DNA from: Vitreimonas sp.
Lineage (GTDB): Bacteria > Patescibacteriota > Microgenomatia > UBA1400 > PJMF01
Direction: 5' to 3'
NCBI GenBank assembly: GCA_035627515.1
Contig: DASPLQ010000012.1
Location: 1,344,517-1,408,516, forward strand
Length of the DNA: 64,000 nucleotides
Shown here: positions 57,259-64,000 of the stretch, one piece after another
How positions within the stretch are numbered: the stretch's first letter is position 1
Layout of the letters: the number at the start of each line of letters is the position of its first letter
Notes under the pieces: model-generated
What the model saw: only the letters and a program-made list of their open reading frames with translations
What the model was told of the DNA's origin: nothing
Databases searched by the model: none
Translations under genes and position numbers: made by a program

Positions 57259-58371
57259 ATGGTTCATAATGATTTGCCCACTACCGCTAAACCAAAGGTC
57301 GCCCTCGGCATGTCAGGCGGTGTCGATTCATCCGTCTGCGCTCATTTACTAATTGAAGCTGGTTATGAAGTCACTGGCATTTTTTTGGAGTGCTGGCGCG
57401 CTCCCGGCTGCCGAAGTGAAGAGGATCGTAAAGATGCCCTCAAAATTGCCCTCGATCTCAATATCCCTTTTCAAGTTCTAGATTTTAAACAAGCATATAA
57501 AGATAAAGTAGTGGAGTACTTCTTTGATGAGTATCACCAAGGTAGAACTCCCAACCCAGATGTGATGTGTAATAAAGAAATTAAGTTCGGCTTATTCTAT
57601 GACTGGGCTATGGCCCAAGGGTATGACTATGTCGCAACTGGTCATTATGCTGATTTAGGCCGAACAGAACAGGGTGAAATTTTTCTGCAAACTCCCACCG
57701 ATGAACACAAAGACCAAACCTATTTTTTGTATCGCCTCACGGCTGATCACCTTCGACACGTGTTGTTTCCCCTGGGAAATCTCACTAAACCACAAGTACG
57801 AGCTGAAGCTGAGCGACGTGGCCTACACGTCGCTACTAAGAAAGACTCTGTAGGGATTTGTTTTATCGGAGACATTAATGTCCATAATTTCTTAGAAGAA
57901 AGATTGGGTAAAAATCCAGGCCAAGTGGTGGATGTACATGGAACTGTCATTGGAGACCATCAAGGTTTGTGGTTTTACACCGTGGGACAACGCCACGGTT
58001 TTACCGTCAACACTACCACTTTAGTTAAACAAAGTGATGGCAGTACTATCAATAAACATAACATTCCACCTTTTTACGTCATCAAAAAAGTACCCGGGAA
58101 AAATCAGTTAGTGGTGGGATTTGGACCAGAGACGTATTTCCAAGAGTTTACTATTCAGGACCCACACTGGATCTCCCAGCCGCCACACGAATCAAAGTTA
58201 TTGGTAAGAATTCGTCATACTGGAAAGTTGTTGCCGGCTACGTTGAAAGACAACCACGTCCACTTAGACGCACCCGTCCAAGGTTTAGCTGAAGGCCAAT
58301 CAGCAGTTTTTTACACTTCATTACCTACTGGCGGCTACCGCTGTTGGGGTGGGGGAATTATCAGTTGTTAA
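57259..58371 (+). CDS. mnmA: tRNA-specific 2-thiouridylase
   Basis: MSGGVDSS, TPNPDVMCN, ATGHY, KDQTYFL, DS.GICFIG. Confidence 0.97.
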   Translation: MVHNDLPTTAKPKVALGMSGGVDSSVCAHLLIEAGYEVTGIFLECWRAPGCRSEEDRKDALKIALDLNIPFQVLDFKQAYKDKVVEYFFDEYHQGRTPNPDVMCNKEIKFGLFYDWAMAQGYDYVATGHYADLGRTEQGEIFLQTPTDEHKDQTYFLYRLTADHLRHVLFPLGNLTKPQVRAEAERRGLHVATKKDSVGICFIGDINVHNFLEERLGKNPGQVVDVHGTVIGDHQGLWFYTVGQRHGFTVNTTTLVKQSDGSTINKHNIPPFYVIKKVPGKNQLVVGFGPETYFQEFTIQDPHWISQPPHESKLLVRIRHTGKLLPATLKDNHVHLDAPVQGLAEGQSAVFYTSLPTGGYRCWGGGIISC

Positions 58372-58423
58372 GCTGAGCTTTACTACTATATAATACTGGC
58401 ACATACTAGTTGTAAATTTCCTT

Positions 58424-59608
58424 ATGAAGCACCTTCTTCTTATCCTCGGTATTATCACTCTCAGCCCACTGTCTCTTATTACTCCTACTGCTGCCCATGC
58501 CCAAACTAATACCTGTGCTGAACATCAACCAGTGGATACACAGTTCCGTTCCGGCACCGAGCACTGGGTGAACGGCTCACAAATTACTGCTCAAGGTTTA
58601 CGCCCCAACTCTAGTATTGATATCAATTGTTTTGCCAAGAATGGGTATGCCCACTTACCAAATGCCGTCATCGACGTCACTTTTCCTAACGGCTCCACTC
58701 AGCGCGTATCAAGTGCCCCACAATTACATGGCTACCAATTGACTCAAGTTGGCACCTATACCTTTCGTTGTTCCTCTACTACCATCAACGACTGTGGCAA
58801 CACCGATACCTTGACCGTGCAACCATTTTCAAGTTCGGCGCCAGCATCTTCACCCCAAGCTTCTCCCTCGCCTTCACCCAGTCCCTCAGCTTCGCCTACC
58901 ACCACTCACCGCAGTACGTGTGATGATTTAACCGTAGCTGGAGGCAACAATAGTTTGGTGCCCGCCAAAGTCACCCTGCGAGCCCGAGCCAGCGATAACA
59001 AGGGTAGTATCCAACGCTACAAGTTTTACTTTGGCGATGGCAAACAAGAAGAAAGTGATAATGCAGAAATTCAACACACCTACGAATCCTCAGGCAGCTT
59101 TGTGGCCCGTGTAGATGTTAAAGATAGCCAGGGCAACTGGCGTACCAGTTCCAGTTGTGAAGAAAATGTGACTGTCAAAGCTTCCAGTGTGGAGTCGCAC
59201 AAATCGGGTTGTTCTGATCTGTATATCACTGCTAACAATAATGCCCAAGCTCCCGCTACGTTAAGCTTCCGCGTCACCGGTCACGACAATAAAGGTGGCT
59301 TGCAGCGCTACAAACTTGATTTTGGCAACGGGGTAGTCAAAGAAAGCGATGGTCAAACGTTCGAGCAACACTTTGATAAAGCTGGCACCTATACAGCTCG
59401 AGCCTATGTCAAAGACAGTCACGGTAATTGGCATGGTGGAGAAGACAACTGTAAAAAAACGGTCTATTTATCCACGAAATCATTAACCCGCCAGCCCTCC
59501 ACCGGCACTCCGACACAGTTTTCATTGTTCGGCGGCATGAGTGGCGTGTTAGCTGTTGGCTTGGCTTACTGGAAAAAAGATACCTTGGCTGCGCTAGTGA
59601 AAGCCTAA
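58424..59608 (+). CDS. Secreted protein with two PKD-like domains and a sortase-type C-terminal anchor
   Basis: Signal peptide, S/P linker, two Y..(Y/D)FG(D/N)G..G..AR..VKDS.GNW repeats, QPSTG followed by a TM segment and WKKD. Confidence 0.85.
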   Translation: MKHLLLILGIITLSPLSLITPTAAHAQTNTCAEHQPVDTQFRSGTEHWVNGSQITAQGLRPNSSIDINCFAKNGYAHLPNAVIDVTFPNGSTQRVSSAPQLHGYQLTQVGTYTFRCSSTTINDCGNTDTLTVQPFSSSAPASSPQASPSPSPSPSASPTTTHRSTCDDLTVAGGNNSLVPAKVTLRARASDNKGSIQRYKFYFGDGKQEESDNAEIQHTYESSGSFVARVDVKDSQGNWRTSSSCEENVTVKASSVESHKSGCSDLYITANNNAQAPATLSFRVTGHDNKGGLQRYKLDFGNGVVKESDGQTFEQHFDKAGTYTARAYVKDSHGNWHGGEDNCKKTVYLSTKSLTRQPSTGTPTQFSLFGGMSGVLAVGLAYWKKDTLAALVKA

Positions 59609-59620
59609 ACTATATCTCAC

Positions 59621-60298
59621 ATGACCCACCCACATTTCGCCACTGTCCAGCGAAGTAAAGGCCCTGCCTGGTTGTGGCCCCTCATTATTGCCTGCTTAGT
59701 AATTGTGTTTCTCATCTGGCTATTTTTAACATATGTGCCGGTATTAATCGTAGAAACAAAATACCAGTCACGGCAATTACTCTCACAAGTTTTCAATGTC
59801 ACTGATATCCGCGAAATCTTTATTCCAAATTTTGAAGCCTTGGGCTTCCGCGGAGCATCAAAATATAAAGACTACGGCATTGTCATTCCAGCGATTTATT
59901 TAGATGAACCAGTGGTTTTTAATGTCGATCCCAATGACCAAACTGCCTACACCGCCGCGCTTAAACAAGGGATTGCCCACGCTTCTGGGACGGCTTTTCC
60001 CGACAATCCAGGCATCGGTTACTACTTCGCACACTCTTCTAATCCAGAATTTCGCCATCAATATAATGCAGTTTTTTATCTACTAGGCAAACTGAAACCT
60101 CAGGATGAAATTTTTATTTGGCATGAAAATGAGTATGTTCGTTATGTAGTCAGCACTACCAAAATCACCGAGCCTGAAGACGTCAGTTTTCTGAACCAAC
60201 CTGCGGATGCGGAAACGATTGTGCTCCAAACGTGCTGGCCGCCTGGAACCACGCAGAAACGATTACTCGTATTTGCTCAAAGAGAAAGAGGGGAGTAA
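59621..60298 (+). CDS. Sortase
   Basis: N-terminal TM; FAHSS (His), LQTCWPPG (Cys), KRLLV (Arg). Confidence 0.92.
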   Translation: MTHPHFATVQRSKGPAWLWPLIIACLVIVFLIWLFLTYVPVLIVETKYQSRQLLSQVFNVTDIREIFIPNFEALGFRGASKYKDYGIVIPAIYLDEPVVFNVDPNDQTAYTAALKQGIAHASGTAFPDNPGIGYYFAHSSNPEFRHQYNAVFYLLGKLKPQDEIFIWHENEYVRYVVSTTKITEPEDVSFLNQPADAETIVLQTCWPPGTTQKRLLVFAQRERGE

Positions 60299-60304
60299 GA
60301 TGGG

Positions 60305-60487
60305 GTGGTGGAAAGTGAAAACAACATTATTTATCTAGCAGATTATGTAGCTTCAGCTCGGGATGCTGAGCACCGTTTACTAGCTTCACCATCTGAAGGT
60401 GTTTCTTCAGAGCAAATGCTTCATCAGGTCATTGCTGCTTTGCGAATGGCAGCGGCTTTGAGCGAAGAGATTTTAGCACGAGCCTAA
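60305..60487 (+). CDS. Small hypothetical protein
   Basis: 60-aa ORF filling the gap after the sortase. Confidence 0.4.
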   Translation: MVESENNIIYLADYVASARDAEHRLLASPSEGVSSEQMLHQVIAALRMAAALSEEILARA

Positions 60488-60509
60488 GCTATGCTTTTCA
60501 TCCACTGAG

Positions 60510-61232
60510 CTAAGAAGCGCGACTCATTTCAGTCAAAATACTGACAATTTTTTGCTGTAACTGCGGGGTATTATCTTGTGTTTGTAAACGTTCTACCAAA
60601 ATCTCTGTTTGCTGTTCTAATCTTTTTGATAACACCGCTATATTATTTACCAGCCCATCATAGCTAACAGCAAATTGACCGGGTTTAAGTATCGTTACTG
60701 CTCCAGTATCACCTATAAGTTGCCGCTCCTTACTTTGACCAGGGCGGTAGTAATCATGAATCATTGGACGTTGAGGAACTCCAGCTTCCAAATCATGAAG
60801 CTCTGTTAAGTTTTGAGGCAACTGATCTTTAATTTCTTTAAGATTCTCGATCACCCCTCTAATAGTCGTTAATTGCTTAATGCGGCGCACTAACCGATTT
60901 AATTCGGTACTCAACTCATCCTCAGTACACGTCAACCAATACTCGCGATCAGGACTTGAGCCTTGCCCCATCTCCATCTTAATATCATCGAGTAAAGCTG
61001 CTTGAGGTTCGGAAATATGATTATCTTGCACCAACCATAACTTATTTAACTCTTCATCAGTCAAGAAAAAGGGTTGGTTGAGTGTTCCCTCAAAAGCAGC
61101 GTTTAAACGATTCTGTAAAGTAATCAAATGGGGAAATTGAGCTAACATATCTTTAGTCAGCAGCTGGTCCACCAACTGTTTCGCTTTACCATCATGACCT
61201 GGATTAAACTCAAAACCTGAAATCTCTTTCAT
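60510..61232 (-). CDS. Hypothetical helical protein
   Basis: AGGAG RBS; 240 aa. Confidence 0.75.
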   Translation of the reverse strand: MKEISGFEFNPGHDGKAKQLVDQLLTKDMLAQFPHLITLQNRLNAAFEGTLNQPFFLTDEELNKLWLVQDNHISEPQAALLDDIKMEMGQGSSPDREYWLTCTEDELSTELNRLVRRIKQLTTIRGVIENLKEIKDQLPQNLTELHDLEAGVPQRPMIHDYYRPGQSKERQLIGDTGAVTILKPGQFAVSYDGLVNNIAVLSKRLEQQTEILVERLQTQDNTPQLQQKIVSILTEMSRAS

Positions 61233-61259
61233 ATATTTCTCCTCTACTCACTATACAAA

Positions 61260-61952
61260 CTACGTAGTTGTTTGACTAGTTAAAGCGTTCCACGTGTTTA
61301 AGATCTGTTCAGTAACTTTAGTATCTTGATTAAGAATTTCCTCCCATTCGGTCACGGCCATAATAACTTCCTGAGGTAATCTGCCAGCTGAGAAAATGCT
61401 TACCGCAACAGCATTAATTCTGATCGCCTTTTCACACATTGTTACCAAGTTCTCACAAATTTCCATAAAACCTGGGTGAGCGCCATATTCACCTTGCTTC
61501 ACATGGTTATACATATCAGCTAACTGAGGCAGCATTTCTAAAATGCCAGTTTTTTGTAAAATATTTGCGGGAAAGCTTGCAATAAATTCTCGACCATACA
61601 ATGAGAGGTGGAACTCTAACAGCTCTTTATCTTCATACGCTAACTGACTAACGTCAGAAACCAACAAACCAAATAGTTCCATTTGATCAACAGTTACTAC
61701 GTTATCAGTGACCTTGAAGTACTCCCTCAGCTGCTGAATATCTGTACAGGATTTTTCGGGCGAAATTCTTAACGGGAAGGTAGGGTTAGACTTTCTAAAA
61801 TTACTCAATCTCTCCGAGATACTTTCACCATAGTAACTATTTATTTCCTCAGCTAAATCACTTTCTATCAAACCCAATATCGCGTGCCCCCAGAACTCAT
61901 TGCCGGGATCAAATTCGTAACAGTTGGGTTTGGTTTCAGTAGTTAGATGCAT
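61260..61952 (-). CDS. Hypothetical helical protein
   Basis: 230-aa ORF. Confidence 0.72.
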   Translation of the reverse strand: MHLTTETKPNCYEFDPGNEFWGHAILGLIESDLAEEINSYYGESISERLSNFRKSNPTFPLRISPEKSCTDIQQLREYFKVTDNVVTVDQMELFGLLVSDVSQLAYEDKELLEFHLSLYGREFIASFPANILQKTGILEMLPQLADMYNHVKQGEYGAHPGFMEICENLVTMCEKAIRINAVAVSIFSAGRLPQEVIMAVTEWEEILNQDTKVTEQILNTWNALTSQTTT

Positions 61953-61998
61953 ATTAAATATTCATGTTTTTTTAATAATTATTTCTTACAATACTTCT

Positions 61999-62190
61999 AT
62001 GAATAAAGAAGGCCGTCTACCAGACCCTAATTCAGAGAAAATACATCTAGAGCCACCTCCAGTAGAGCCTACAAATACAGATCTCGTGAAAGTTCTCTCC
62101 GCCCTAGATCATTTGAATAAAACAGCAAATCAATTAGACTTCCTACCCGATTATTCTCGGCAACGCCCAGATCCTAAAACTCAACATTAG
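61999..62190 (+). CDS. Short hypothetical protein (possibly a remnant)
   Basis: TACAAT-N6-ATG leaderless-type start, MNKEGRLPDP... Confidence 0.4.
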   Translation: MNKEGRLPDPNSEKIHLEPPPVEPTNTDLVKVLSALDHLNKTANQLDFLPDYSRQRPDPKTQH

Positions 62191-62999
62191 TTGCCAGTAT
62201 TTTGAGCGTCCTCGATCACCTTTCTAATTTCTTGATACAAACCTTCTCGTCTGGTTTTAAATTGATTCATATACTCACCTGCTTCACCCATAGCCTGGAT
62301 TAATTCATAGCTGGTTAGTAAATAAAAAGTGGATAACAACATGGTTTCTCCCTCAGGTGAAGCCTTAGTCGCTTGACTATGCAGATCAAAAAGCCGTTCA
62401 TAATCAGCAGGGAAAAGGGTCGTCATACGTACAAACCCATTGGCTTCAGTATGTAAGCTCGGATTGGCATTATATGAGGTTGCATACAGCGCCAGAATCT
62501 GCGTCTGAGCTGCATTTATCAAGGTTAAATAAGTAGTAATTTGATCAGTGAGCGGGAGAGTATCATTCAAGACTGCCAATAAGTTAGCTGCCTCCGCTGG
62601 TTTTTGTTCTGGAGTCACTCGGCCCCATCTTTCGATAAAATAATTGGGACTAAACTTCAGGGCTGACATAATCTGTCGCAAATCCTGAGCAATATACCGT
62701 AAACAAGCTATCTGTCCGTAGGTAGCTACTTTAGTGTCAAAATTTAACTGTAAATTTTCGGCGGTCAAGCCCAGGCGAAGATCTCCTGCGGTTTTCATAT
62801 TCTCTCGTTCTTCCAATAAAATGAAAAAACCCTGGGCAACTAATGACTCAATCTTTTCCCACTGTTCCACAGTAATTTCAGGAGGGTTATTTTTATCAAG
62901 ATAAAAGGTCTCTAAATTAAGTTGATACGCCAAATTCCCAAACTCATCTGAGTGAGTATTAAGCGGGATATGAGGCGGCAGGTTTTCTACTTTTGACAT
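62187..62999 (-). CDS. Hypothetical helical protein
   Basis: 270-aa ORF with an upstream TATAAT. Confidence 0.75.
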   Translation of the reverse strand: MSKVENLPPHIPLNTHSDEFGNLAYQLNLETFYLDKNNPPEITVEQWEKIESLVAQGFFILLEERENMKTAGDLRLGLTAENLQLNFDTKVATYGQIACLRYIAQDLRQIMSALKFSPNYFIERWGRVTPEQKPAEAANLLAVLNDTLPLTDQITTYLTLINAAQTQILALYATSYNANPSLHTEANGFVRMTTLFPADYERLFDLHSQATKASPEGETMLLSTFYLLTSYELIQAMGEAGEYMNQFKTRREGLYQEIRKVIEDAQNTGN

Positions 63000-63067
63000 A
63001 TTGAATATGTATTATAACATGCAAAATAGAACTAGCGTATGACAATCACATCCTATATAATTAAAGG

Positions 63068-63361
63068 ATGGAATATAGTCCACAACTGCCAGACCTAACT
63101 CCTAATTTGCAGGCATTGCTTCAGATAAAACCTGAGCTTGCGGCTATCGTAATTGAAAGAATAGGTCAGGTTGACCAGACAGCAGCTAATATTCTTGCTA
63201 AACTTAATTCCACCTCTCAAACAGAAAATAAAATAATTGCTTTTAACCTTGAAACTTCAGCTGATGGGAATGTGAGCGCAGAACTCGAGCGCATTCAATC
63301 AATCTTGGCGGAAATTGATAACCTCGTAAAGACAGCCTTACAGGGAACTGATCTTCAATAA
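63068..63361 (+). CDS. Hypothetical protein
   Basis: TATAAT..AAAGG-ATG; 97 aa. Confidence 0.6.
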   Translation: MEYSPQLPDLTPNLQALLQIKPELAAIVIERIGQVDQTAANILAKLNSTSQTENKIIAFNLETSADGNVSAELERIQSILAEIDNLVKTALQGTDLQ

Positions 63362-63364
63362 AAT

Positions 63365-63985
63365 TTAGGCGGCTTTATCTGCCATCTCTTCGGGATCTCT
63401 AATTAAAGTACTAATTATCTTCGCAACCTCATTACTCTGGTTAACTAAAGCGTTATACTCACCTAGTTGTTCTTGCCAATTAGTGACAGTACTACCAAAT
63501 ACATCCATCGCTTGACTCAATTTTTCTAATGCAGTCCGCAGTCGATAATAAAGTGTGACTGATTCAAAAGCAGCAATGGCTTCATCAGCATTATTTAACT
63601 GATCTAATTTATCATAAAAACTCGCACTATCTTTAGTTACTGGTCCTTGGGGGTTAACTTCATCAATTGCTTCATGCTTAACAATAGCACTATCAAATCC
63701 ACTCTCATTCAAAACTCTTAAACCTCTAGTAGCTTCGTTGGCAGTGGTTTTTAATAAAGTAATATACCCACTCAACTGCATGGGGAGTGATTCAATGCCA
63801 ACTCTGATTTCTCGCAAAGTATTTCCCAAATGATCTTTAACTCCCTCAGCACTTATATCTTGGCCTTTCCCATGCTTTTCTTGGGCCATACGCAACCAGC
63901 CGTCAACTTCCAGAAAAAAACTCGTTAAGTTTCCCACCTCTTGGGCAAAAAGAGAGGAGAGGTCTTTTTTTCGAGGATGTTTCAT
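63365..63985 (-). CDS. Hypothetical coiled-coil/helical protein
   Basis: 206-aa ORF. Confidence 0.7.
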   Translation of the reverse strand: MKHPRKKDLSSLFAQEVGNLTSFFLEVDGWLRMAQEKHGKGQDISAEGVKDHLGNTLREIRVGIESLPMQLSGYITLLKTTANEATRGLRVLNESGFDSAIVKHEAIDEVNPQGPVTKDSASFYDKLDQLNNADEAIAAFESVTLYYRLRTALEKLSQAMDVFGSTVTNWQEQLGEYNALVNQSNEVAKIISTLIRDPEEMADKAA

Positions 63986-64000
63986 TAATAATTCAGAAAA

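Overview
Gene-dense chromosomal segment that looks like a reduced Patescibacteria/CPR genome (inference from the many leaderless -10/ATG starts, short HolA, HhH-less UvrC, orphan helical proteins, sortase and partial glycolysis). It uses the standard genetic code. It contains 8 tRNA genes, a sugar-phosphate/glycolysis block (phosphomannomutase, nucleotidyltransferase, PGI/PMI, eno, gpmI), DNA repair genes (mpg, lexA, uvrB, uvrA, uvrC), mnmA, a sortase with a PKD-domain substrate and many orphans. I saw no rRNA, CRISPR array, integrase or transposase. The most notable items are: (1) a tightly coupled 5-gene operon (7TM protein, ATP-grasp ligase fused to a D->N aspartic-protease-like domain, HExxxH DUF1704/MATCAP-like peptidase, second ATP-grasp, GNAT-like protein) that could be a reversible peptide-tagging system; (2) a 48-bp 17-14-17 inverted-repeat element in four copies, one directly upstream of an XRE regulator; (3) a MerR regulator followed by an unannotated 14-aa Cys-rich micropeptide with a perfect Shine-Dalgarno; (4) partial tRNA duplicates whose internal segments are replaced by 16-bp GC-rich hairpins; (5) an orphan promoter-structured RNA-terminator unit; (6) a leaderless uORF plus RBS-occluding hairpin upstream of the queuosine-precursor transporter; (7) a 50-bp identical leader shared by two different tRNA-Leu genes. 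All product calls come from motifs read by eye; no database searches were run.
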